In this document: piece after piece, positions 30,705 to 39,755 of the stretch
Position numbering within the stretch: the stretch's first letter is position 1
Layout of the letters: the number at the start of each line of letters is the position of its first letter
Origin: Methylobacter sp.
GTDB lineage: Bacteria; Pseudomonadota; Gammaproteobacteria; Methylococcales; Methylomonadaceae
Direction: 5' to 3'
Assembly: GCF_004322395.1 (NCBI RefSeq)
Contig: NZ_SCTW01000078.1
Location: 7,790-71,789, forward strand
Length of the DNA: 64,000 nt
Translations under genes and position numbers: made by a program
Notes under the pieces: generated by a model
What the model was told of the DNA's origin: nothing
Databases searched by the model: none
Seen by the model: only the letters and a program-made list of their open reading frames with translations

Positions 30705-33101
30705 ATGAAAAGAATGCTTATCAACGCTACGCAGCCGGAAGAACTGCGAGTCGCTTTGGTAGACGGTCAAAAACTGTATGATTTTGACATAGAAGTACCT
30801 TCGAAAGAACAAAAAAAGTCAAATATTTACAAAGGTATAGTAACCCACGTAGAACCCAGCTTAGAGGCGGCCTTTGTAAACTATGGCGCTGAAAAACACG
30901 GCTTTTTACCTTTCAAAGAAATCTCTCCGCTCTACCGTCAACCACAAGATGGCGTCGAAAGTGACGGCCGTCGTCCAGCCATAAAAGACCTGATTAAAGA
31001 AGGTCAGGAAATCGTTGTTCAAATTGAAAAAGAAGAACGCGGCAATAAAGGCGCTGCTTTAACCACCTATATCAGCTTGGCCGGCACTTATCTGGTGTTG
31101 ATGCCCAACAATCCTAAAGCCGGCGGTATTTCGCGGCGCATAGAAGGCGAAACCCGCAGTGACCTGCGTGAGGTGATGGAAGCGCTTGAGATACCTGAAA
31201 GCATGGGGCTCATTGTTAGAACGGCCGGATGCGGCAAAAATGCCGAAGAACTGCAATGGGACTTAAATTATTTGCTGCAACTATGGGAAGCCATTGAACG
31301 CTCCGCCGAAGAGCATTCAGCGCCGTTTTTGGTCTTTCAGGAAAGTAATGTCATCATCAGGGCTCTGCGCGATCATTTACGCGGCAATATCGACGAAATT
31401 TTGATCGATAACGAAGAATCCTTCAAGCTGGTGCAAAATTTCTTAAAACAAGTCATGCCGCACTTTTTGCCCAAGGCAAAACTTTACCAAGATGCTGTTC
31501 CGCTGTTTAACCGTTACCAAATTGAATCCCAAATTGAAGTGGCTTACGGCCGTGAAGTTTCACTGCCGTCAGGGGGATCGATAGTTATCGATCATACTGA
31601 AGCACTGACTTCTATCGACATCAACTCTGCACGCGCCACCAAAGGCAGCGACATTGAAGAAACTGCGCTGAATACCAACCTGGAAGCGGCCGATGAAATT
31701 GCCCGCCAACTGAGACTGCGAGATTTGGGAGGCCTATTTGTTATCGACTTCATCGACATGATGTCCAATAAGAATCAAAAAACCGTTGAAAATCATCTCC
31801 GCGATGCACTTAAAATCGATCGCGCCCGTATTCAGACCAGCCGCATTTCGCGTTTCGGCCTACTGGAAATGTCCCGGCAAAGAATGCGCCCGTCGTTGGG
31901 TGATTCTACCCAGTTGCCATGTCCGCGCTGCAAAGGCCAAGGTACGATTCGCAATGTAGAATCGGTTGCGCTGTCCGTGTTGCGTATTCTTGAAGAAGAA
32001 GCCATGAAGAAAGGCACGGAAAAAGTCATTGCCCACTTGCCCATTGAATGCGCGACTTTTCTATTAAACGAAAAACGTAGCGCTATTGAGCAAATTGAAA
32101 ACAGACTAAAAGTCGGCATTGTCATCCTGCCCAGCAAACATTTGGAAACGCCCGCTTATGACATTGAGCGCATTAAGGAAAAAGAGTCCGGCGATAATGG
32201 CAAAGCCAGCTACTTACAGATCAAAGCGGAAGACATTTCTATTCCCGAATTTGCCCAGCAAGTAAAACCGATTGCTGTAAAAGCGGCAGTCAAAGAATTC
32301 TTGCATGAATCGCCCGCGCCGGTGCAAAGCAAAAGCGAGTCAGCCAGCTTGATCCAACGTTTCTGGCATAAACTTGTAGGTTCCCCGGCAGCGCCGAAAG
32401 CAAAACCATCAGTCGTACAGACAACTGAAAGAACCAAGCCGACCATTGGTGAAAGCCGGACGTATAAAAATAAGGACAACAGACCAGGTCAGGGGCAAAG
32501 TCAGGAAAGAGGGCGTGGCCGTAACCGTGGCCGTGGACAAGGCCGTGATCAAACCCCGAAACAGGAACAAGCTCAAGCGTCTGAACAAGGACAAGCCCAC
32601 AAACAAAAACCGGAGCAAAATCAGGCGTCACCTCGCCCAAACCGCCCTCCACGCGGTCAAGGAAGAAATGTAAAACGCAACCTCGATCCGGCTAATATAC
32701 CTGTAACAAAAACAGAACAGATTAAAAGCGAAGCTGCTGAAATTGATATTACCGAGGTTATGTCAAATGCGCCTGAAGTTGCTTCTTCTGTTGCCGGAGA
32801 GCGGGAACAACCCAAAAGAAACAATGCCAGAAGAGGGCCTAATCGTAGAAGACCGCGTAACCCCAATTACAAAAGACCCGAAACAAATGGCGATTCAAAT
32901 ACTACGCATGAAACATCCAGCGTAAACAACGGTGAATCGCGTCCTACAGGTCCTCGTCCTTATGACAATGACTTTGCAGAAAAAACGGAAAAAACCGAGC
33001 GTCCAGAGCCTCAGACTAATGCCTTCAGTCAGGCTAGCAGTGGTAGTAAGCAGTCTGAAGCCCCAAAACAGGCTGAAGTGGTAAGACAAGAAACGGAATA
33101 A
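30705..33101 (+). CDS. rne: Ribonuclease E
   Basis: [47 protein letters not shown], Zn-link CPRC; R/Q-rich disordered C-terminus. Confidence 0.97.
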   Translation: MKRMLINATQPEELRVALVDGQKLYDFDIEVPSKEQKKSNIYKGIVTHVEPSLEAAFVNYGAEKHGFLPFKEISPLYRQPQDGVESDGRRPAIKDLIKEGQEIVVQIEKEERGNKGAALTTYISLAGTYLVLMPNNPKAGGISRRIEGETRSDLREVMEALEIPESMGLIVRTAGCGKNAEELQWDLNYLLQLWEAIERSAEEHSAPFLVFQESNVIIRALRDHLRGNIDEILIDNEESFKLVQNFLKQVMPHFLPKAKLYQDAVPLFNRYQIESQIEVAYGREVSLPSGGSIVIDHTEALTSIDINSARATKGSDIEETALNTNLEAADEIARQLRLRDLGGLFVIDFIDMMSNKNQKTVENHLRDALKIDRARIQTSRISRFGLLEMSRQRMRPSLGDSTQLPCPRCKGQGTIRNVESVALSVLRILEEEAMKKGTEKVIAHLPIECATFLLNEKRSAIEQIENRLKVGIVILPSKHLETPAYDIERIKEKESGDNGKASYLQIKAEDISIPEFAQQVKPIAVKAAVKEFLHESPAPVQSKSESASLIQRFWHKLVGSPAAPKAKPSVVQTTERTKPTIGESRTYKNKDNRPGQGQSQERGRGRNRGRGQGRDQTPKQEQAQASEQGQAHKQKPEQNQASPRPNRPPRGQGRNVKRNLDPANIPVTKTEQIKSEAAEIDITEVMSNAPEVASSVAGEREQPKRNNARRGPNRRRPRNPNYKRPETNGDSNTTHETSSVNNGESRPTGPRPYDNDFAEKTEKTERPEPQTNAFSQASSGSKQSEAPKQAEVVRQETE

Positions 33102-33151
33102 CGAAACGGGGATTAGGGATAAGCTGCCTTATCAACTTAGAGCATAGCAGC

Positions 33152-33213
33152 GCCACAAAGAACACGAAGTTCACGAAGAGAAGCCAAAGCAAAACTTCGT
33201 GTTCTTTCGCGGC
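33152..33213. repeat. CACGAAG-unit inverted repeat downstream of rne
   Basis: GCCACAAAGAACACGAAGT (33152-33170) pairs with ACTTCGTGTTCTTTCGCGGC (33194-33213). Confidence 0.75.
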
Positions 33214-33469
33214 CTCAATCAAACTTGGCGCTTGCAATAGCTTTTTACGGGCATTCGGAACTTAGAACTTATCCGTAAATACTATTGGATTGGTTTTGGC
33301 GTTTATAGTCGGGCCATTTTTCATAGCGAACCAAGATTTTTCGGAACCGATTGAACCAGGCGCGGCAAACTTCCCAACCCACCGTTTCGGTTTGAAAGCC
33401 GGGGTTAGGGCTTTTTCTTTGCTTTATCCTCCTGAGCTCGGGTATGAGGAATATAAATATAGTCTCAAG

Positions 33470-34480
33470 CTACTTGTTAAACACCGCTGTATTTCGCTGC
33501 CGAAATTCACGTGGAGAACAACCAAACTGTTGCTTGAATGCCCGGCTAAAATGCGCCGCATCGTTAAATCCCCAACGAAACGCAATATCGGATAGTTGAT
33601 GCCCTGCATAAACCGGATTTTGCAGATCTTTCCGGCAATTCTCCAGCCTGCGCTTCCAAACATAGCGCATCAGTGAAGTCCCTTCATCTTCAAACAAGCC
33701 GTTAATATATCGCGACGACAAGCCTGCATAGCGAGCAATTGCACCGGTATCGAGATCGGTATCCCGAAGGTTTTGCTCTATAAACGTCTTGATACCGTTA
33801 AGCGAAACTGACCTGCTTCTGGACAGATTAAAATCAACCGGACGTACTGATGCGACGGCTAATGTCAGCAAGTCCAGCGCATGGTCGGAAAGGCTGGAGA
33901 ATTCGTGGACTTGTAGCTGATCGGCATGACTGGCCGACGAACGAAGGAAATTCGACGCAACGGATCCGATTCCTTGATTGCCGGGAATGCACAACGCAGT
34001 GCAACGGTCTATGCCTGCAATTCTGTCCCTAAACACAGCTCGGGGAATTGAAAGAATCAACTTGGCGAATTTGCCGGAGCAATGGATATTATGTGGACGG
34101 GTCGCGTCATAGATTGTCATATCCCCAGGTTGGAGCAAAACTTCTCGTCCATTTTGCTCCAACCGATAGTCGCCGGAAAGAAGCATAACCGCGAAGTAGG
34201 CGTCCTGGCTGGTCAAGTGCGGCTCTGTGGGCAATCGCTGTAACGAGATCGCGCTGGATTCGATTGTCGATAACTGAAGATCACTCCAAGGGTAAATGAT
34301 CAGGTCTTGAGACAAGTCAGCATGCGCAGGCGAAATTATCTCAACGTTGGCGTACTCACGGCATATCACCTCACGCAACCAGTCGTACCTCTCACTAGGC
34401 GCAATCGCGCTGGTCGAAAACTTGAGTCCCACGCTGCCGGAACTAACCGACAGTTTGTCGGACGACACTGTTATATTCAT
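33470..34480 (-). CDS. AraC family regulator (FeaR-like, AraC_binding_2 N-domain)
   Basis: ERYDWLREVIC, EQNGREVLLQPGDMTIYDATRP, C-terminal double HTH (IAFRWGFNDAAHFSRAFK). Confidence 0.88.
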   Translation of the reverse strand: MNITVSSDKLSVSSGSVGLKFSTSAIAPSERYDWLREVICREYANVEIISPAHADLSQDLIIYPWSDLQLSTIESSAISLQRLPTEPHLTSQDAYFAVMLLSGDYRLEQNGREVLLQPGDMTIYDATRPHNIHCSGKFAKLILSIPRAVFRDRIAGIDRCTALCIPGNQGIGSVASNFLRSSASHADQLQVHEFSSLSDHALDLLTLAVASVRPVDFNLSRSRSVSLNGIKTFIEQNLRDTDLDTGAIARYAGLSSRYINGLFEDEGTSLMRYVWKRRLENCRKDLQNPVYAGHQLSDIAFRWGFNDAAHFSRAFKQQFGCSPREFRQRNTAVFNK

Positions 34481-34654
34481 GGTCCAGACCTTGCAAAAGA
34501 AATATCCACCTTTTGTTTCGCATAAAAATCAAAACAGCCGTTTCAGTCAAGTTTTAGTTCTGTTTCACACCAGCGGGAAACCGTAAAAAACCTCATACTA
34601 AAACCAATCCGGCTGACCGCTCTATCAATATTTATACTTTATAAGGACAATAAA

Positions 34655-35095
34655 ATGGAAGAACTACTCAATCTCACGGCGCCTCGCATTGCGCTTGCCG
34701 CCTCCGGCATTTTCTTTATGGTTGGCTTACTGACAGGCGTATGGAAATACATCTGCATCAGACAGCACCCAAACGCTGAAGCGCCGCATTATGTGAACAC
34801 CGCTCACCGTGCAGCGCTGATGTATGCGTTTGCTGCGCAATTGCTTGCCGTTTTCGCTGCGACCAGCGCATTTTCCGATACAGTAAATACCGTCGCCGTG
34901 ATCTTTCCGCTGCTGTTTTTCGGTATCGCTATATTCCACTATATCATTCTCGGCTTGACCACTAAAAGCAATAACAGCATCCGTGATTCCGCCGACCGAA
35001 CGAAAGATTATTTTATCCTGAATATTCTGGCGGCGGCTGAGATCGGCGGATTTTTTGTGTTGCTGTTGGGGTTCTTTTTGCGTATATGGGGTTAA
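34655..35095 (+). CDS. Hypothetical four-TM membrane protein
   Basis: Four hydrophobic segments; GLLTGVWKY and HYVNTAHRAALMY motifs; AAGGA-type RBS; divergent from the AraC gene. Confidence 0.7.
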   Translation: MEELLNLTAPRIALAASGIFFMVGLLTGVWKYICIRQHPNAEAPHYVNTAHRAALMYAFAAQLLAVFAATSAFSDTVNTVAVIFPLLFFGIAIFHYIILGLTTKSNNSIRDSADRTKDYFILNILAAAEIGGFFVLLLGFFLRIWG

Positions 35096-35200
35096 ATAGC
35101 TCACCAATAACTAGAACGGGTTCTAGTGCCATGTTAAGCTCAGCTGCACTTTTTATTTCTTCCAACATCATGCCAACACAACAGAAACAGGAGTACAAAT

Positions 35201-35755
35201 ATGGAATCTCAAGAGTTAATTAAAGTATGGGATCTGCCGCTTAGAATTTTTCACTGGCTGCTGGTTGCCGGATTTTTTATCGCTTACCTGACTGAAGACG
35301 ACTTATTAACCATTCATGTCTGGGCGGGTTATTTGGTGACCGGCTTATTAGTGTTCAGATTGATCTGGGGATTTGTCGGCAACGACTACGCACGGTTCTC
35401 GAATTTTTTATGCGGCCCTGCCAAGTCGATTGCTTATGTTAAAGATCTGATTGCGTTAAAAACCCAGCGTTACATCGGCCATAACCCGGCGGGAGCGGCG
35501 ATGATTGTGTTATTGCTGATCAGTTTGTTAGCGACGGTTATTACAGGGTTTGCAGTGTACGGCGCAGATCAGGCAGCCGGACCGCTAGCTGCGATAGGTT
35601 CCGCAAATGAAAAAATGTGGGAAGAAGTGCATGAGTTTTTCGCCAACTTCACGCTGGTGTTGGTGATTGTGCATGTTGTAGGCGTGGCCGTTGAAAGCTA
35701 CATCCACCGCGAGAATCTGGCTAGAGCGATGGTACATGGGTTTAAGAAGAAATAA
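35201..35755 (+). CDS. Cytochrome b (Ni-hydrogenase b-type/b561-like domain)
   Basis: VWDLPLRIFHW, HVWAGY, GHNPAG, EVHEFFAN, VHVVGV: four heme-ligand-type His. Confidence 0.88.
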   Translation: MESQELIKVWDLPLRIFHWLLVAGFFIAYLTEDDLLTIHVWAGYLVTGLLVFRLIWGFVGNDYARFSNFLCGPAKSIAYVKDLIALKTQRYIGHNPAGAAMIVLLLISLLATVITGFAVYGADQAAGPLAAIGSANEKMWEEVHEFFANFTLVLVIVHVVGVAVESYIHRENLARAMVHGFKKK

Positions 35756-35779
35756 ACCCAGTACGCAAATTCATTACGT

Positions 35780-35896
35780 TAAGTCCGCATGAAGCTTGCG
35801 GAATTCAGAGATTCCATACTCCTCATTCACTTATTATCCCGGATTTTGCAAGCTTCATCCGGGCTTTGGAGATACCTGCATCCATGCCGATATGAC
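35780..35896. repeat. Degenerate REP doublet plus right end of a GATACC...TATGAC repeat family
   Basis: Arm 35780-35809 (AGTCCGCATGAAGCTTGCGGAATTC) is inverted to 35837-35867 (CCCGGATTTTGCAAGCTTCATCCGGGCT). 35871-35896 GATACCTGCATCCATGCCGATATGAC matches the right end at 63337-63363. Confidence 0.7.
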
Positions 35897-35933
35897 AACT
35901 CTGGGGCAGCAGCTGTACATAAAAAGATGAGCG

Positions 35934-36383
35934 CTACGCATAGGAGAAATACGCCTTAGTATTCGGATGAACCATAGTCAGATCGCCGTTTTTTCCCACC
36001 CAGCGATATTCGCTATGCTGCTCCACCGGAAATTGTTCCTGATCGGCATCGGCCTGTAGTTCATAAGCAAGAACAACGTAATGAGTACTGATGCCCGGTA
36101 TATGAGCAAAATTTGTCTGGTATTTATGAGTAAATGCGCCCAATAACCGGGCATGATCAATTGAGTAAGACTTCCCTAACTCCGCTTTCGTTATCCTCAA
36201 AAACGCATCCTCTATTGATTCGTTTTTGAGGATTCGTCCGCCCGGTACGAACCACGAACCGGCAGCCGGTTCGTTTACCCGCATTCCCACAAGCAACTCG
36301 TTATCTTCGGATCGAATAATAAGGTCCAACGCTACTAGCGGCGTATTCTTCACCACTCTAATAAATTCGTCATGTTCAAGCAT
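35934..36383 (-). CDS. gmm: GDP-mannose mannosyl hydrolase (Nudix, Gmm/WcaH-like)
   Basis: TPLVALDLII, NEPAAGSWFVPGGRILKNE, STHYVVLAY, EQHSEYRW, VHPNTKAYF. Confidence 0.85.
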   Translation of the reverse strand: MLEHDEFIRVVKNTPLVALDLIIRSEDNELLVGMRVNEPAAGSWFVPGGRILKNESIEDAFLRITKAELGKSYSIDHARLLGAFTHKYQTNFAHIPGISTHYVVLAYELQADADQEQFPVEQHSEYRWVGKNGDLTMVHPNTKAYFSYA

Positions 36384-36444
36384 TTTCTCAGTCCAAGGTT
36401 TGTTAGGCCGACGGCCAATTTGATGTATATGATGTCAATTCCAG

Positions 36445-36556
36445 AGCTAGATGGGGGCGTTGTCCGTTCGAAAGGTTTTTCGTTGGTTAAAATAGCCATT
36501 AAGCTCAATCATTGTAAAAATGTTTGAGGCGGAGTTGCAAGCCTCGCCCCGCGTAG
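36445..36556. repeat. Composite REP-like element, copy 1
   Basis: Shares AGCT, CCGTTCGAAA, CGTTG.TTAA, TTTG.G.CGGAGTTG and CCGCGTA in the same order with 36809-36908. Confidence 0.7.
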
Positions 36557-36593
36557 AAGGCCACGTTTGTGCCGATCTTTATTGCTGTTATCG

Positions 36594-36794
36594 TCAGAAT
36601 CTATAAATATATGATTCATATTTAAGTCGATGATCAATTTTTCGTGCATTTGCCAAATTTATTATTTCCTGTTTTTGCTGTTCTGTTGCATCTCTCCACT
36701 GAAGAATTTCATCAATACTGCGAAAGCAACCAAGGCAAACATTTTCCTCATTTAGGCAGCAGTTCCTTACACATGGCGAGATAATATTTACCAA
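36594..36794 (-). CDS. DUF1289 family small Cys-rich protein
   Basis: ISPCVRNCCLNEENVCLGCFRSIDEILQW; GGAG 8 nt upstream of a TTG start. Confidence 0.85.
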   Translation of the reverse strand: MVNIISPCVRNCCLNEENVCLGCFRSIDEILQWRDATEQQKQEIINLANARKIDHRLKYESYIYRF

Positions 36795-36808
36795 TGAAGA
36801 ATCTCCAA

Positions 36809-36908
36809 AGCTGGACGGGGCATGTCGCCGTTCGAAACGTAAGGCGTTGATTAAGCATAGGTATTACAAAAACATTTGGGACGGAGTTGAACACTCCGTC
36901 CCGCGTAA
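36809..36908. repeat. Composite REP-like element, copy 2
   Basis: Diverged direct copy of 36445-36556; ends in hairpin GGGACGGAGTTGAACACTCCGTCCC. Confidence 0.7.
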
Positions 36909-36942
36909 AGCAACACATGGTTATGGATGTACTCGGCCTATA

Positions 36943-38142
36943 TTAATGTTCAACCTGTTGATAAAGCTCCGGCTGAGCCGCTCCTTCTATGACCAGTTCG
37001 GCCAGCGCGCCCTTATCAATCGCGCGTGTCAGGCTGTGATCGACCAGCAGGTATTTGCCGGGCACTTCGGCGGTAAATTCAATCATCACCGCGGAACCTG
37101 GAGCTATGACGGTGGTCTGGACGTTTTTCAGCGGCGGATTCATGATCGCCCCTTCCGGATACAGACTGTCAAAAATGGCTCCAATAATATGAAAGTTGGC
37201 TGCTACATGCGACCCGACGCCGACAAACAGGCGGATTTTCTCCCCCACTTTGGCTTTTAAAGCCCGCTCGCCGCTGAGCGAGTTGACCCTGCCGTTGAAC
37301 AGGAAATACTCCGGCTTCTCTGCCAGCATCTTGTCCTTGCTAAACGCTTGTAGGCCTTTATCGCCGTACTTGCCGCTGGTGTAAAAATCGCCCTGCATCA
37401 CGTAAAACTCGCGGTCGACTTTGGACAGGCCCTGTTCGGGTTCTACCAGGATCATGCCGTACATGCCGTTGGCGATATGGGTCGGCGTATGCGGGCTGGC
37501 GCAGTGATAAACATAAATGCCCGGATGCGTGGCTTTAAAGCGGAAACTTTTTTCTTCGCCCTGTTTGACTTGCGTTAACGGTGCGCCGCCACCGGGGCCG
37601 ACTACTGCGTGCAAATCGATGGAGTGCGCAGAATGGCCGGCTGCGGCATGTTCAGTCGAGGTGTGTTCGCTATGGGCTTCAGACGCAGCACCCGGTTTGC
37701 CGTGATTCAGATGTATTTCCACCTGATCGCCCGCCCTGACGCGGATAAACGGCCCCGGCACCTTGCCGTTATAAGTCCAGTATTCATAGCTAACGCCCGG
37801 CATCATTTCGGCAACCACTTCATCGCTATAAAGATCGACGCTGACCAGCTGAGATTGTGTTCTGTTCAACGGCGCCGGTAAATCATCGGCACGGCGGCCG
37901 ATGTCGTCCATTTCGCTTTGATGAGCATTTGCTGATTCGGAGGGCATCGGCATCGAGTGGTGCATCCCGCCACCTAGGTGCTCAGCCTTTTCTTCTGCCG
38001 GTATCGATTTATATCTGGCTTTCTCGGCTTGAGCAGCGGCGTATTTTTCAAGTTCCGCTTTGTTTTGCGCTTCGTCGGAGCAGGCGGCAATCAAGCTGCC
38101 CAGTGTTACTGTCAGTAATAGCAATCGGGATGATCTGTTCAT
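36943..38142 (-). CDS. nirK: Copper-containing nitrite reductase, predicted lipoprotein
   Basis: Lipobox IAAC; HSIDLH (T1 His, catalytic Asp, T2 His); YHC...THIANGM (T2 His, T1 Cys/His/Met); NFHIIG (catalytic His); LVDH (T2 His). Confidence 0.88.
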   Translation of the reverse strand: MNRSSRLLLLTVTLGSLIAACSDEAQNKAELEKYAAAQAEKARYKSIPAEEKAEHLGGGMHHSMPMPSESANAHQSEMDDIGRRADDLPAPLNRTQSQLVSVDLYSDEVVAEMMPGVSYEYWTYNGKVPGPFIRVRAGDQVEIHLNHGKPGAASEAHSEHTSTEHAAAGHSAHSIDLHAVVGPGGGAPLTQVKQGEEKSFRFKATHPGIYVYHCASPHTPTHIANGMYGMILVEPEQGLSKVDREFYVMQGDFYTSGKYGDKGLQAFSKDKMLAEKPEYFLFNGRVNSLSGERALKAKVGEKIRLFVGVGSHVAANFHIIGAIFDSLYPEGAIMNPPLKNVQTTVIAPGSAVMIEFTAEVPGKYLLVDHSLTRAIDKGALAELVIEGAAQPELYQQVEH

Positions 38143-38188
38143 GATTTTGCCTTTTGAGTGATGGAACTGCTCGGTACTTAAAACGAAC

Positions 38189-38239
38189 GTGCCATGCGCG
38201 CCAAAGAGTCGCAGAGAAGGCGCGCACGGCGCGCCCTAC
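38189..38239. repeat. REP doublet (GTAG-footed) between narI and nirK
   Basis: Right arm reverse complement GTAGGGCGCGCCGTGCGCGCC; left arm GTGCCATGCGCGCC matches 12/14. Confidence 0.7.
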
Positions 38240-38241
38240 CT

Positions 38242-38919
38242 TTATCGTCTGCGAACAACTTGATAAGGGCGCGTGACGTAGCCCAGCGGAACGCTCCAAA
38301 CATGCACCAGCCGGGAGAAAGGAAAAACCAAAAACAAGGTCTGCCCTAAAAACAAATGCAATTTGAAGATAATGCCCATCTCGCTGACTTGATCCGCTGC
38401 GCCGCTGCGGAAAGTCACGATGCGTTGCGCCCATTCCCCCAGCAGCAACATATTGGCGCCGTCATAATGGTAAAGCGAAATGGGCAAGGTCAGCAGGCCC
38501 AGCGCCAGCTGTACGCCTATCAAAAGCAGAATAAAAATATCCATGCGGCTGCTGGTCGCGCGAATCCGGGGATCGGTCAGGCGGCGGCGTATCAGGATGA
38601 TGATGCCTTTTAAACACACACCACCGAAAACACCGCCCGCAACAACGGCCAGGATTTGTTTGGCCGAGGTCGACAGGCCTAAAGCATGGTAAACCGCAGG
38701 CGGCGTCAACAGGCCGACGAAATGCCCGATAAACAGCAACAGGATGCCGATATGAAATAAATTGCTGCCCAGTCTTAATTCGTCGGCGCGCAGGAATTGG
38801 CTGGAACCTGTGCGCCAAGTGTATTGATCGCGGTCGTAACGCGCCAGGCTGCCGATGAAGAATACGCTGATGGCAATATAAGGGTAGTAGCCGAATAGTA
38901 AGGTATTGAGATAATCCAC
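38242..38919 (-). CDS. narI: Respiratory nitrate reductase gamma subunit (cytochrome b)
   Basis: YYPYIA, RYDRDQYTWRTGSSQ, LFHIGI...GHFVG, LHLFLG, FPFSRLVHVWS. Confidence 0.96.
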   Translation of the reverse strand: MDYLNTLLFGYYPYIAISVFFIGSLARYDRDQYTWRTGSSQFLRADELRLGSNLFHIGILLLFIGHFVGLLTPPAVYHALGLSTSAKQILAVVAGGVFGGVCLKGIIILIRRRLTDPRIRATSSRMDIFILLLIGVQLALGLLTLPISLYHYDGANMLLLGEWAQRIVTFRSGAADQVSEMGIIFKLHLFLGQTLFLVFPFSRLVHVWSVPLGYVTRPYQVVRRR

Positions 38920-38931
38920 GATTGACTCCTT

Positions 38932-39636
38932 CTAAAAAGAACGGTTTTGCGCTTTTAAATATTCATCGCGCGGCGTGATTGTGATTGGACTGACAGCGTC
39001 GGATTGGCTTTTGCATGCATCCCCTGCTCCCATAAAACTGACGGCTTCTTCTTCCCAGATTTCATCCATGTTGACCAGGGTTTCATCCTCGCCTTCGGTC
39101 GAGGCTTGTTGGCGGATTTCATTAAACGCTTCGGGTTCACCTGCGAAACCTGCCAGAGCATCGAAAACTACGTGAAAATCGCTGCCGCGTTCGGTAAGCC
39201 GTGCGCCCAGCAAACTTAACACCGGCATCGCGTCGTGCAGTAACTGCACCGCTTCGGCCTGTTCTTGCTGCGATAAGAACTCCAGAAATAACGGGATGTA
39301 GTCCGGCAATTCATGGGTGGACATTTCAAAGCCGTGCGCTTCGTACATTTGCAGCAGGTTAACCATGGCCTGCCCGCGGTCGCGGGATTCGCCGTGGACA
39401 TGCTCGAATATATGCAGCGACAAAAACCGTCCCCGGTCGAATAGCGCTACATACTGCTCTTGAATATTCAGCAGGTCTACGCCGCGATATGAATCGATCA
39501 ACGCCAGTACGGATTTTTTATGGTTTTCCTGTAGCAGGTTTTCCTGTTCGACGACCGAGGCCATTTCGTCTAATGCTTCGAGCATCTCGGCTTCGGGATA
39601 GCTTAGCAGTAGCGATAGAACTTTTAGTGTAAGCAT
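38932..39636 (-). CDS. narJ: Nitrate reductase chaperone
   Basis: YVALFDRG, SLHIFEHVHGESRDRGQAM, ELPDYIPLFLEF. Confidence 0.95.
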   Translation of the reverse strand: MLTLKVLSLLLSYPEAEMLEALDEMASVVEQENLLQENHKKSVLALIDSYRGVDLLNIQEQYVALFDRGRFLSLHIFEHVHGESRDRGQAMVNLLQMYEAHGFEMSTHELPDYIPLFLEFLSQQEQAEAVQLLHDAMPVLSLLGARLTERGSDFHVVFDALAGFAGEPEAFNEIRQQASTEGEDETLVNMDEIWEEEAVSFMGAGDACKSQSDAVSPITITPRDEYLKAQNRSF

Positions 39637-39667
39637 AATATTTAAAGTCTAAACAGATTAATTTACT

Positions 39668-39725
39668 CACCACGAAGACACGAAGTTTTTACTTGGTCTT
39701 TCTTCGTGCCCTTCGTGTCTTCGTG
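39668..39725. repeat. CACGAAG-unit inverted repeat between narH and narJ
   Basis: CACGAAGACACGAAG (39671-39685) and its perfect inverse CTTCGTGTCTTCGTG (39711-39725), plus an extra CTTCGTG unit. Confidence 0.8.
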
Positions 39726-39755
39726 CTGAACTGTCTTTAGTTGACACATATACCT

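Noticed and set aside
33262-33450. Possible IS5-family remnant (TAGAACTTATCC... end; ORF 33290-33595 recalls IS-associated antisense ORFs)
   Set aside because: Memory-based resemblance only; no DDE motif, second terminal repeat or target duplication found. An ISfinder BLAST would settle it.
34510-34575. GTTTC direct repeats as AraC binding sites
   Set aside because: Spacings of 25 and 22 bp are irregular and the core is too short.
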